A stretch of DNA of 64,000 bases, taken from Ophelia neglecta (taxonomy: Eukaryota). This document shows, one piece after another, positions 1 to 13,905 of the stretch (the first letter of the stretch is position 1; every line of letters starts with the position of its first letter). The notes under the pieces are model-generated. The model made no database searches, was not told the origin of the DNA, and was given only the letters and a program-made list of their open reading frames with translations. The DNA lies in assembly GCA_965285935.1 (NCBI GenBank), contig OZ260664.1, positions 60,636,001 through 60,700,000 on the forward strand, in the 5' to 3' direction. Both the position numbers and the translations under genes were made by a program.

Positions 1-1409
1 CCGGCAAGAGCTGCTACCTGCCAGCACGATCCAATTATCCCGACTCGGCCTCTTCAGTCAGTAATAAATGCTTTCGAAAAAAGTCTGGTTGTTGCACTTA
101 GATTCAATATTCAAGTCTTCACAATATGGCAGTTTGACGTCTGGACAAGAAGGAAAAGGCGGTTTTGATCGAAACAAAAAACATAACGCTTAGATCTACA
201 GTCTACTTAGTATTACAGAGCCAAAATCAATTGTCATTGAGATCTGATCTTAGAATAAGGCATTTGGCAAATATGGCCCAAGATCAGATAAAGCTTTATA
301 AGGGAAGGAAATAAAAATCAGGCGATTTTTATATAGAGCAATGAAATGTAAATAATTAGAATTCTACGGAAGTGGATGAGTTACAGGTAATGCTTGTTTC
401 AGTATTATTCAAGAATCCAAAAACCATTGTTCCGATGTTCCTGGTGTGGTGTTGGATGCGGCCAAGTTTAATAATGATTGGACACTATCTTATCAAGTTA
501 GAGAGAAAATAAAGGGCCGCTGCCCTACAGGCCAAGTATAAAACCCAACACACTCTTAACTCATATACTTCCTTTACTGTCCTTCCGTTTTACCAAAGAA
601 AATCGTTTTAGTTCCCTGTTTATCAGTGTAGATGAACCGTTTTAAGTATCAGAGGAACACTCAGTTCGTTCGGGCAGATCACTTTGAAACCTAATTTCAA
701 TTCTTTCAAATCAATCTAAATAATTTTATTCCAAAAGTAAATTTTATCTTATAAGCACATTATACATTAATGTTAAGGCAATATATAAATATGCTTATGT
801 AGAACGAAAATCGTAGAGATTGTTGTTTAAAGCTTGTGCAAATAGGACTTTTCTTTGTGCCATCCTTAACCGTTTACAAATCAGGTACCTGTGGACAAAC
901 GTTAATGAGAATCGTACCAGTGCATGCTAGACGAGCTTTTTCTGAGATTTTTAATAGTATCTATGACGATAATAATAAAGTAGCACCCTTCTTCCATATG
1001 CATTACAGGAAATGGATACTTCACGAATATTGACACGTCTGCTACCTATCGATGAGTTGCACGTTTGAGCTCCATGCAGGGCCCTTGTGTAAGGTGAGTT
1101 ATAAAACTAGGCCCGCCTGAAGGCTCTTGTCACTTCGTTAACTTCGATATGCCCCTGTGAAGTGTAATAATGGCTCTCATATCGCACATTTACAATTGGA
1201 GGAGGAAACAGTTTAGCGAGAAGAATTTCGATTTAGGAGCATAATAGCCAGTAACGTTCATTTACATAGATATTTCCTCATAACATCAGCCTATTGTGTT
1301 GTTTCATACATTTTTCAAGATAGAGGCAACAGTTTAGATTTTCAAATTAGTAATAATCAGCGGAGTAGACAAAAAAAGATATATATATATATATATTAGT
1401 TTAAAAAAC

Positions 1410-3450
1410 AGAAATGGCATTTGCGTCCTCACATCATGCCGTTTACTAGTTACAGTTGGGGACTTCCACCTGCCTGTGGGTGAACCATCTAACAAGGAGG
1501 CTATGCAATATCTTGATTTTGTTCAAAACTTGATTTGAAATTACATCAATTTCTTACCGACCCAACACAATCATAAGTCGACACAAGGTGACACCTTGGA
1601 CCTAGTGATAACTAGATCAACTGACAACACGGTTCTTCATACAAGGTACTTGCATATCTAAGCTTCGCACTATTGATATGTAACAGGGATATACATTAAA
1701 TCACTGTCTAGAGTGAAGGCCATAGATTAAGGCCAGACCAGTTAGGACATAAGATTAAGACTGGCCCTTCATCACCATCATCACCATCGTCAGCATCATC
1801 ACCATCATCACCATCAAATTCATCACTATCATCACCGTTCTCACCATCAGCATCACCACCATCATCAACATCATCGCCACTATCATCATCAACACCACTA
1901 TCACAGCGTCATCACCATCGTCATCACCATCGCCGTCACCATCATCCCCGTCATCCCCGTCATGGGTTGAGAGGGCTGGGGACAGGTTTGATATGATACA
2001 TGTGTCAGCTGATGGAAAACCATGCTCCGTTACCAGCATAACTATCACTATACGACCCATTTCCTCAACTGTATGATGGAGTAGATCAAGCGTGTGAGGC
2101 GAAGGTTTGAGTTACGAAAAAGAAGACACAGTTGCAGGTCGGCCATAACATGTAAAAGGTTCAGTCAGATGTAGTTTGTACAGGAATCAAATGCAAAACA
2201 TCTCAAGTCCATTGCTGATGAGAACCCACCAGCTCTTTTATGTTTCATCGGCACGCTGCTGAACAGAACCTTAGAAGTCCCACTACCATTCACCGGTCAG
2301 CGAAGACTTTAAAAAATAGCAGATCAGTTAACCAGCTACTTGGGTGGGAAAATATCTAAGATTTGATCTGATCAAGACCTGTCCAAACAGTAGAATGAGG
2401 ATCATCTGAGGACACTAACATCGGATTATCTGGCACGTCGCTTACCTCCTTAGCATCAGGTGAAGGTCGTGGCTGCCAGAGCTATACATCACCTGGATAT
2501 TAACAGGTTGGGAGAGCCCTTCCAGGCTGCTTACAAGAAACTGCACAGACCAGGATCACTGAAGATATTCTTGGGGCCCAACACCGCAAAAGCAATTTCT
2601 TACTTGTTCTCATGGATCTCACTGCTGCCTTCGACACGATGGACCACTCTGTGAGGCTTCGTCGCCTGCAGGGGACAGCGGGCATAGGTAGCTCAGCTCT
2701 CGCCTGGATTAATGCGTACCTGGAGCCAATGTCAGTAAGTCAGTGTGTCCATTGTTCATTCCGACGGCAGCCACTTCACAGTGGAATGCCCCAAGGAACA
2801 TTGGCAGTTTGGGAGACATCATGCCCAAACGCGGAGTTGCATTTCAGCTGAACGCAGATGATAAACAGTTGTATATCTGTTCAGGCAGGTTCACATGGTC
2901 CGGCTGTTGAACAACTTGAGGCACGCATTCACAATGTAAGAGGTTAAATAACAGGACAGTTCCTAAAATTAAATGATGAAAATACGGACGTTCTCCTCGT
3001 TCACCCCCCCCCCCCCCCTGCTACTTCCAGTGTTTAGATTGGTTAATCCCACATCACCCTTCCACATCTGCACGAATAATTGAAAGTCTGCTGTCAATGG
3101 ATAAGCAGATCGCTGATACATGCAAAACAACTTTCTTCAAACTTCACAACATTGCAAGGGGTATTTGTCAAGGGAGCCCCTTGCAACGTGGCGGTCCTGC
3201 AACTTTACTGACCAGCCCCAAGAGGGTACTACTGCAAGACTCATTCCAGGCAACCCGAGGTTGCACAAGTCATTTAACGCCGTGTTTTAGACTTTGCAAT
3301 AGTTACCTGTAAGGCAGCGAATCAAAATTAATGTTTTGCCTGACTACAAAAACTAAGGGCCTCAGGAGTCTGTAAGCTCCTTAACGCTCAGGGTTGCTTC
3401 ATCCATACCTATACGGCTATACCCGGAAACACCTTCTGATTTATTGTAGA
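1410..3450 (+). mobile_element. Decayed CR1/L2-clade non-LTR retrotransposon (ORF2 endonuclease and RT remnants)
   Basis: Frameshifted but colinear motifs. APE endonuclease: VGDFHL (~1455), GDTLDLVITR (~1590). Linker: HAPL..TITIRP (~2020). RT: EPFQAAYKKLH, LMDLTAAFDTMDH..L.RL, ALAWINAYL, SGMPQG, NADDKQLY (~2851, the YADD site), LKLNDENT, MDKQIADTCKTTFFKLHNI. Confidence 0.85.
1768..1962 (+). repeat. Imperfect (CAT/CAC)n trinucleotide microsatellite inside the LINE
   Basis: catcaccatcatcaccatcg... over about 195 bp; accounts for the Asp/Met/Val-rich spurious ORF 1755-2060. Confidence 0.95.
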
Positions 3451-6400
3451 CAGTGCATCTCTAATTAGAGACATGCATGGTATTGATTAAAGCATAAAAT
3501 TGCATGCCATCGACCCTTTGATCTAATTAAACACACTGCCCATGTACCTGCTCTGTTGTAGCATTACACCATCTGATTCATATTGAAAACATGCCCATTA
3601 ATAACACAGTTTTTGCATGCTTGCTTAAATTCCACTCTCTCGATACAGAGCTGATTATGATGAAAAACGACAGTGATCCTGGCAGGAGCCCCATGAATTT
3701 CTATCCATGGGATACCCGATTAATGAGGTAGGCCTTACAGTAATTTGAAGAAGACGAAATCAGCTTGTTTTTTGTTCTCGGCAATGTATAAATCACTAGA
3801 AGGTATAGTCACATATACAACCAGCAATGTCGAAATGTAGTCCGTAATCCGTACCCAGGCCCGATTTGGGAATTATAGCCCCACTGGTCTCATTTCTGCG
3901 ACTACATGCCATATCTAGTTTATTATTAAACTTGTTCCCCGGGCTTCAGGAATCACAATGGTTTACATACGCCGTGCGCATTTAGTTGTCAGAAATCCTG
4001 TATGTGACTTCATTATTGGACAATGATATCGGCGAGAAATAATTGGTAGGTCCCCACCCTCAAACCTCACCGCACTCTCATACCCCACAAACATTTTCAC
4101 GGTAAATAAAACATTCTTAGAAATGCTGCCGCCGTTTTGAGTTTTACAATCAAAGATCAAAGACACCTATATGATATTTGGTTTCATTCGGCCTTTTTTC
4201 GTTCGGATTTTTACCAAACACCGGCTTTCCATATGCTCATGTCATTGACAATGACAGCTCATGAGACATCGGTTGTTAGGACTGGCACATACCATCTGCG
4301 TAATGTCGGCGCATCAGAAAAAGTCTGACAACAAAGAAGTTGGTAAATGCATTTGTGACATCCCGCATTGACTATTGCAATTCTCTTCTGTATGGCGTCT
4401 CGGCTGCAGAAAGTGAAAAAAATTGCTTCTAGATTGGTTGGTGATATCAAAATGCGGTCGCAGCCAGTAGTAAAAAAAACAGCGTCATTGATAGTACGTA
4501 ACAGATAGGGGCTAATTATAACATGGAACCGTCAGTTCCAGGCGCACAAACAGATCTTACTCCATAATGGTTATTAGATTGTGACGAAATAAGGTAAAAA
4601 TGTACATGATACTTCATTCCATTTTAACTGCCTTAGACGTAGCCAGATGGATTCTTGTAAAGATTCCTACAAGCCATTTTACACCTTGCATTAGTCTTGT
4701 GCTTATGGCGAAAAATTCCTCTGTGGTCTCAGATTCACAAGATTGTCAATAACTGAACTAAGGATTGAGGTTTGACCGCCTGCAGCTGTCGGTTCCTTTG
4801 AATTCGGAAATTGGACATCTTTATAAATGATTTCAATTTATCTGCCTGTTTTCCGATTCCGTCGTTTTTTCTCTCGCGGTGAAAAAAAATATGCATTCAG
4901 TTTTTACTTGTGTTTCCATGGTATTTTTATGTTAAAATAAATAATAACACTACCGGTAGCAGGAAACCAGATCAGAAATACTTGGGTATGCCGGAGGGAG
5001 AAACATACTTTTTATCCTCGAGTTATAACATGAATTCCCAGAACAGCTTGATAAGTGACATCCGGTTTGGGAATGAATTGAAAGGTCAATGGCCGTCAAT
5101 GATCGTTACCTCGATATTGAAAACTGATTCATTAATGAAAACTGGGTCGGTAGAAAAGGTAGGGCAGCTTCATAACTCACTCTGCCACCGTCGTGCACAA
5201 AACCATAATTTTCATCACATGGTATTTGGAACATGGCTCATAAAATATTAAACAATGATTCTACAAAGACAAGAAATAGGTTTTGTTTTCAAGAAAAAGG
5301 GAAATAGCACAGCCTGTAGTATTTCCAATGTTTGATTCAGCAATGACGCTGTTTTACATGCTTTTCACAACACAATACTTTCTCAGGACAATCTAATCAC
5401 AAGACTTCCTTCTTTGGAGTTTTCAATCAGCGTCGGTCTCCCGGGAAATCTCAAAATGGGATGACTTTGATCACGAAAAACATTCCATGCTATTTAAACA
5501 ATGATAAGCACCCTTCCTCCAATGAAAGTTTTGATGCACAATTTAACTGACTGACAATGCTTCTGAATGTTGGTGCAAGTAGGCTGATACAGCAGCTACT
5601 AACTGTACCTAATCACGAGGCATACTTATTGATAACATATAAGAGTAATGGAACATATAAGGGCATTCCTCTTTTGTTTTCTAGCCAAAAAATTGCCAGA
5701 CAAACATGAAAAATCCATGCTAAACTAGCAAGTGCTTTTTCCACACGCAGACTCGTTTGCCAACCTGAAACATTGTGCTACTAGAAAATAAATTTTAACT
5801 TATACGTAATAGGTTTAACATAATTATATCGTGACACATCCCCGCAAAGCCACATCCAAAAATATATCATCATTAACAATTTCTGTTTAGGTGTTTCCCT
5901 TGTAAATGGTGGAAGCCAAGGAGCAATTGGTTTCAATGTTACTTGATTACAGCATTGTAATTAAGAATGCAATTAAACTACAATAGGAATGCTAGAAAGT
6001 ATTAATTGTGCGAACGATTTATATATCAATACATCGATTTGCTGTGTTCATATAACTCATTTGTGCCTGTAAATTAATTTCTGGACTTATAGCCCCTGTC
6101 CAAGCCATGCATACAGATACATCTGTCGTCGGATATTCAGTCTACTTTAAACCGAAATTAATGCTTTCTAGGTCTATTGTACTTTTGAAAATAACGTAAC
6201 ACCTTTTTGGCCATTGAAAAATTAAAATGACTCTCCCATCATACCCCCCCCCCCCCCTCGAAAAAATAAAAATAAAACAAAAAGCATACTTAATAATGAG
6301 CAATCTTTAACCGTACCTTTTGTCTTTGTCGATCGGACCGAAATGTCACTTTTTAATTGTAAAGCCGATATCTCTTATACATTATACTCGGCCTAGTTAA

Positions 6401-7469
6401 CAACAGAATAAACCTTTAGGCCCTAACATAAAGGATTTCTTATTATCCCTTCAATTTAGTAGTTCCCTTCTCGAAAACAGACGACAATTCAACGTTCTAC
6501 GTTCTCTTTCAGACGCCATGCCATTTAATTTTCGAGATAACGGCGGCTGAGCTTACGGTTACAATTCAAAGTGGCTTAGCTGCTGACAGGTCTGAATCTC
6601 ATTTGGTGATTAATCTCAGTCGTTTCTACTACTAAGTTTGAGAGTAAATCAGGCGTATGTTTCTTCCAAGTATGTTAAAGGTCCATCTTCTAGACGGACA
6701 TGGAAACCGGTGGCATTGCCTATAGTTCTTCCGAAGACCACTCATGATTTATAGTAACAATCTAATCTGGGATTCTTAACTTTTACTCCTAGTTGAAAAG
6801 CCATGACGACGTATTCTATACATTACCTTTTCAGAAATCTGATAGGCCTAACAGTGTTTCCTGGATAAGTAATTGAACAATTAAAAGGACCATATCTCTA
6901 TAATTATTATCTTACACAATGTTTTGCTTTTTAAAGGAATCAATAAGCTACGACATTGTTTAATACTAGCAAATCAAGACACTGACTGACGATACATTAA
7001 TTATTAAATGTCTTGTGCAGCAGAGCACTCACGGCCGTACACATCACACACGCAACGCTTTCTTAAAACCATATGTCATTGGGATTTACCAAAGACTTGG
7101 AACATGAAAAATTCAGTTCTTCGGAATCATTCTATTGTTCGAGATATCCATTATGCAGGATCCTAGCACTCCCAGGCCTATTGTTGTGACTCCAATTTCT
7201 CTCCATTCCACGAACGCACCTAATATAAGAGACAATCGAGCGGACAGGTGGCCTAAACCAAACCGAAATTTAGATTCGGCGGACAGTTCGTTGGGACCAA
7301 CGTTTCGCCGAGGGAAACACTTATTAAAATGTAACTATCTTTTAATAATCAATATTAAGTTATCTCTATATTCACGACACACTAAAATCAACATTAGGAC
7401 GACAATGTACCAGATTCTAGTCAAAGTTCCAGACATCCTCTGCACTCTAGTGTTCAGATTTCATGACCG

Positions 7470-8843
7470 AACCAGTTTATTGTGATCCACGTTTTGACCA
7501 GTTTATTGTGATCCACGTATTGACCAGTTTATTGTGATCCTCGTTTTGACCAGTTAATTGTGATCCTCGTTTTGACTAGTTTATTGTGATCCTCGTTTGG
7601 CCAGTTTATTGTGATCCACGTTTTGACCAGTTTATTGTGATCCTCGTTTGGCCAGTTTATTGTGATCCACGTTTTGACCAGTTTATTGTGATCCTCGTTT
7701 GGCCAGTTTATTATGATCCACGTTTTGACCAGTTTATTGTGATCCTCGTTTGGCCAGTTTATTGTGAGGCACGTTTTGACCAGTTTATTGTGAGCCACGT
7801 TTTGACTTTTGACCAGTTTATTGTGAGCCAAGTTTTGACCAGTTTATTGTGATCCTCGTTTGGCCAGTTTATTGTGAGGCACGTTTTGACTTGTGACCAG
7901 TTTATTGTGAGCCACGTTTTGACTTTTGACCAGTTTATTGTGAGGCACGTTTTGACCAGTTTATTGTGAGCCACGTTTTGACTTTTGACCAGTTTATTGT
8001 GAGCCACGTTTTGACCAGTTTATTGTGAGTCACGTTTTGACCAGTTTATTGTGATCCTCGTTTGGCCAGTTTATTGTGATCCACGTTTTGACCAGTTTAT
8101 TGTGATCCTCGTTTGGCCAGTTTATTGTGAGGCACGTTTTGACCAGTTTATTGTGAGGCACGTTTTGACTTGTGACCAGTTTATTGTGAGCCACGTTTTG
8201 ACTTTTGACCAGTTTATTGTGAGGCACGTTTTGACCAGTTTATTGTGAGCCACGTTTTGACTTTTGACCAGTTTATTGTGAGCCACGTTTTGACCAGTTT
8301 ATTGTGAGTCACGTTTTGACCAGTTTATTGTGATCCTCGTTTGGCCAGTTTATTGTGAGCCACGTTTTGACTTTTGACCAGTTTATTGTGAGCCACGTTT
8401 TGACTTTTGACCAGTTTATTGTGAGCCACGTTTTGACCAGTTAATTGTGAGCCACGTTTTGACTTTTGACCAGTTTATTGTGAGTCACGTTTTGACCAGT
8501 TTATTGTGATCCTCGTTTGGCCAGTTTATTGTGAGGCACGTTTTGACTTGTGACCAGTTTATTGCGATCCACGTTTAGACCAGTTTATTGTAATCCACGT
8601 TTTGACCAGTTTATTGTGAGGCACGTTTTGACCAGTTTATTGTGAGGCACGTTTTGACTTGTGACCAGTTTATTGCGATCCACGTTTAGACCAGTTTATT
8701 GTAATCCACGTTTTGACCAGTTTATTGTGAGCCACGTTTTGACTTTTGACCAGTTTATTGTGAGCCACATTTTGACTTTTGACCAGTTTATTGTGAGCCA
8801 CTTTTTGACTTTTGAGCCACGTTTTGACCAGTTTATTGTGATC
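7470..8843. repeat. Minisatellite of roughly 50 units of 25/26/33 bp, core CCAGTTTATTGTGA
   Basis: Units are CCAGTTTATTGTGA plus one of TCCACGTTTTGA, TCCTCGTTTGG, GGCACGTTTTGA or GCCACGTTTTGACTTTTGA; accounts for the repetitive ORFs at 7529-8849. Confidence 0.97.
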
Positions 8844-9271
8844 GCTTAAATTGTGAGATCTTTATTGACGAATACAGAATGTACCAATATGCACATAGTA
8901 CACGTTTCCTCGCTACAAATTGCCTCCTTCATCGGGTTAAGTTGCAGTCAGACCTGGCAAATTGGTTTCTATATTACGATAACCGCGCGTGTAATGGTCC
9001 TTAGGATGGCAGCAGGAATGGCCTTGGACATAGACCCTCCTTCTTAACTGAGGACATTGCCAAACCTTGTGGCTGCTCTGATGTTTTGCCAATACTTTTA
9101 TTGCTCCTTTTAAATTAACTCTGCTCACAGAGAAACCCGTATTGTTCCCCTGATAAAATTCTTTTTTATTGCCTCTCTACCCAAATTTTACTTTTAGAAA
9201 TTCTGACATATCAGTTAAATTGCTTAGGAATTTTGAGGACCCGGCCAACCAGAACATATCTATATAACTAA

Positions 9272-9310
9272 ATATCTGAATATCTGAATATCTAAATATC
9301 TAAATATCTA
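9272..9310. repeat. 8-bp tandem repeat (AATATCTR) x ~5
   Basis: aatatctg aatatctg aatatcta aatatcta aatatcta. Confidence 0.85.
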
Positions 9311-12300
9311 TATTATGTTTAGCTTCATATATAGCGTAAGATCTTAACAATTAAATGAGGTATCATTGACACCTAGTTTTATTGGCAAGAGCCACAAGTA
9401 TGAGGCAATGTAGATATAGCTAAAACCGTATCACTCAAATAGGCCTATGCAAGAAGCAGTAATTCGGTTCCTTAACTTTGGGTGTTTCAGTTCACCCTTT
9501 GAATTGTAAAAAGTCTGGCTTCGCTTGGACCCTGAAATGGCCAGCTGTTCTGATTGGGTGTCGGCTGGTAAGAGACATCTCATGCAATGGTGTAACCCTC
9601 TAACCCAGTGGAGAAAATGCATGGTTTAAGCGTGAACAGTGCGCATTTTGGGTGCAGGGTTAACCTATATCTACTGTATACATAAGTATTTAGACGCTCA
9701 ATGTACATTTTTCCCTGCATATATAGGTCCCCTTTACTGCGGACGAGATCAGACTGGACTTTTCATTTTCCTTTGATGATTTTGAGTACGCTACCCTTTT
9801 GAAATTTGTTAATGCCCGAATACACTGCTCGTCGGTATTGATGAATGGATCGTCTGCTTAAGGTCGCAGACGACAGATGTCGGTAATGAGATTATCAATT
9901 GCAAATGTTACTCGCGTCAGTTGGAATGTGGACAAGTAATTCGAAATTATTGGGTATTTTCCGATTATCACGTACCAGAGACTATAGAACTGGAGGACTT
10001 ATTTCTATATAGACTTGCACGCGGACTATGTACTGCAACATTATTTGCGAATCACTTGCCAATTTGAAACCCATGGGGCAATAAGCTACATATTACTTTT
10101 TTTTTTATTCATAACACTATATTCCCTTCACCGAACCAATTCACTGAGCGGAACACATCATTGGGTTCTTTAGTCTGAAGTCAGAGGCAGAGTCAATTTA
10201 ATATTGTTTGACAAATGCGGTTCACAAACGCGTCAACAGTGCCAGAACTTGCATATTTATTTATATATAGATATATGTGTTAGAAAATAATCATAGCCAT
10301 TAAGCGACTGGAAATAGAACAGACTTTTCCTTCTCCGAAAAGATGCGGGAAAAGAAAATACCATAGCAATCAATGAAATCGGTCCGTAGGCGACGGTCGT
10401 ACGAGTCCCATGCGATCCTACTCTGAATTAAATGCGATGTTTTAACCTTTTCCTCGATGTAAACAGGTGAACCGTGAATTAGTCGGAGGAATAGCACACA
10501 AGAGGGCGTCCAGGTCAAAGACCGGATGTACAAACTCAAAAGCCAGGGCATTATAAACATTTCATGCATTTCCTAGAGGGCATGTTTTGGACGTGTTTTA
10601 TTTAGGCTTTAGACATAACAGGGTATACACCACTAACTTCGAGTCCTAGAAGGAATTTAAGTGGCGAGACTGCCATTGAGTCACCAACCGTCATAAAACC
10701 CTGATGTGGTTCACAGTCACTGAGGTGTTAAACAACTCCTGTTTTTGCAATTTTCAGGAACAGAGAGAACCTTCTAGTTGCAAGTTTGCATGAAGGGCGG
10801 ATTTGAAGCCGTTTTGTTTACATGGAGGACAGAGAAGGGGTTTGTTTTTTGTCTGTATTCCCTCAAAAAAGAGATGCCAACAAGAAAATAAGTGTACATA
10901 GAAAAGTTACAAAAATATAAGTAAATTAACAGAAATAGCTCTTTATGTAGACAAGCAATTAACCGCCCCCACTATTCAGTCAGTAAAGTCGTTACAAAGC
11001 ATATCATTGGAGACCAGCTCTACCGTACCAATCACACGCATAATTTTCTCTTCACACAATCCTTGGCCATTAAAAAAGAAACTTACAAATATATCAAGGC
11101 AAGAGTTTTAAAAGTGGATAATGATAAATAATTCTAGAGAGGTCCCATATAAAGGTGGTTCCAGTTCTTAATATGAAAGAAGATGGCGGCTAATATGGTA
11201 CAGACTGTGGTCTGAGATATGTTTGGTCTATAGCTATTGGCATTTAGACACGTCGCACGCTCTTAATTTAATCTATCGCAGTTCTCACTGCATTATTGCG
11301 AATGAAATCTGTCACTGGGGTGCAACTGACCGATACAATTACCATTTTTACGTGAGGTGGTTTTCCAAACAGAACAATCATATACCATAGGGAAATGCGT
11401 CAAATCACCTAACTGAGTGAAGTCCAAGAAGGGATAAACTGACTCAAGTATTGGACGATCACAATGTGCAGCATTTATAGTACACCAAGTTTATTATCTC
11501 ACGTAATAGCCACACTGATGGTGCTTGTCTTACAATACGATGGCTAACATTTCACCGTTTCCATGACAGCACAGTGCAATTCGTGGCATGTTGATGTCTT
11601 ATTTTTTTCTCCAGTGACTATTTTCAATGATGGAGACGGGACAACTAAGGCCCGAACAGGAAATGAGAACAATTTACATACACCATTGGCTTGACCATCT
11701 ATCAGAAAGTCTGTATGTTAAACTGCATCAAACCATATGAGACAAACATCTGAGGCACCCGTACAAAAGAAACAAGCATGTTACACAACTATAGACCAAT
11801 CACAAAGCATATTAATATGACCCCTTAATGGTATTCTACCAACTACATATGCAGGACCATATAATAAAATCAAATGTACAAAGCATAGCAATGTATCCAT
11901 AAAACATAATATAACACCAGATAACATAATATTAACCAAGACAAAACACAGCACCGGGCACAAACCGAATTCCAGGCAGGTAAGCCCGCTTAGATTGGGA
12001 ACCCACCCAAAAATGTTTTTAATTAAGCCCCGAAAAAAGGAAGCCCTGTGGCCGAAAACCCGACACACACCCTGCGCCCTGCCCCACCTCAATACTATTC
12101 CGCTAAAATCATATAGTATAATACAATATAATATTAAAGCCTACTGATTGCACAGGAATTACACCGCGCAGATCACAGATATAGACAGTAAAATTCTTAA
12201 TCATAATAATAATTATAGGCACTTTACAGATAAAGAGTCATAAAAACGAAAATGATAATCAGCTACTGTTACTACTGTCCCTGTCTCCCGCCAGGGGGCA

Positions 12301-13709
12301 TTAAAAGTCATTGTAAATTGCTGTTATTAATGTTAATGTTTATGGCTCCCTGTATGATCCAACCGCGGTTTTTGTAAGGACTCTTGTTTAGTTGTGAATT
12401 GTGCTTGATGCGAGGTTTATAAAAAATATTGATAAAGCGTTCATCGACATAGCGTCTTCCCCACTTAAAACTAACACATTTCAATATAATAAGTTCGTAC
12501 ATTTAAGACTGGTATAAGCGCTCCTCCCTGCATGGCCTGAATATCTCCGGCACACTTGACCAGGTTCCTGTCTCGCATTTCAGGAAAAAACGAGACAAAT
12601 AACGCAAAAACCAAGGTTTTTTAAGTCAATATAGTTGAGGATCAAGTGTTTATAAAACTCCCCGTAGCTTCCAACTAGATAGTCATGAAATTTAACCATA
12701 GTCTGTCTTTCTCAACGAATCTTGAATTGAACAAGCAAGAAATGATTTCCAGGAACGCATTTCGAGAAATATATTAATAAATGACTTCAACAATATGAAT
12801 TGCAAGACATCTTACCTTTCCTGTTTATTGTCGTGACTGCAAAGTATCGGCACACGTCCGCAAAGCACATGTAGGTTATGGGGCCTTAATCCAATATGTA
12901 GCTTGCTGCGGCAGTAGACCCATGCCGAGCTAAGTTGCATTCCAACTAGCTAGAACAGATTTGTCACCCGTTGGCCTTTTTTATGGGGCAATATATGGAG
13001 AATGCATATGGGCCACAACATGAATGTCCGTCAGGATGTCATAGCCTGGTGGAGGAATGGAGTGGCTGTGGCGTTTCAAGGAAAGCGTGTTCCCAATCTG
13101 AGCGCGGACCTCTTCCCGGCGCCCATTTCGTCTGTTACATTTTGTATTCGTCTGTGCCGGGCTGTAGTATGATGATTAACCAAATAATTAAACGACTGGT
13201 TCAGCTGATAGATCTAAGCTCAACACTTGAATTATGACTTTCTAAAGACACTTCTATTGTTCTTTTAGTCCCCTTATAGTTATTAGTTTGGAAAGTCGCC
13301 GAAGAAACCCAATTACTCAAGTTGCAACAAAAGGAATCAGGGACATTTGTCTGTTGAGCCAATCGTGAAAGTCATCTATAGTTTTATTGAGCTAGCCCAG
13401 AAGAGAACAGCCAATTTAACAAAGTGATTCTCCAGACAAAGGCTGATAGATAAGTACAGTAGTGTTTGTTACAGATCACCCTTCTGTAGCCCAGGCCCTC
13501 GAAATTGGAACTGCAGCAATGAGCACTGAGTGATTATGGGTGTAAAAGGAAAGAGTTCTTTTTATGTCGCCCTTCATTTCAAGCACAACCACATTTGAGT
13601 ACGACATTCAAATCATAAGGCAATTTATAAAGCTACCTCGCCCAATGGCAGATGCAAGGTTTTGATGCCTTCTTATTTCCCATAAACATTGATATGCCTT
13701 TACAACCGA

Positions 13710-13905
13710 TACTGTAAAACTCTTATATTTGGCGAGCCCCTTATTACGCGAATTTCGCGAGTAAATAAAAAGACTTGCGCAAATAAGAGGCCCAGCGAAA
13801 ACCTTTTGAAGATGGCTTTGAAACGCAAAATTATAGGGCAGCGTAATAATTTGTGTGCCGTAACCGTGAACATTAAGGGCACCGATTTTTGAGTTTTTTA
13901 CACTA
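13710..13905. mobile_element. MITE-like non-autonomous DNA transposon relic
   Basis: Imperfect terminal inverted repeats TACTGTAAAACTC ... GAGTTTTTTACACTA, with internal cgcgaa/ttcgcg repeats. Confidence 0.6.

Noticed and set aside
1755-2060. 101-aa Asp/Met-rich ORF
   Set aside because: Antisense reading of a trinucleotide microsatellite inside a dead LINE.
7470-8843. CRISPR-like repeat-spacer appearance and repetitive ORFs (HNKLVK, DQFIV)
   Set aside because: The linkers are only 11-19 bp and reused, the context is eukaryotic and there are no cas genes. The ORFs are by-products of the repeat.
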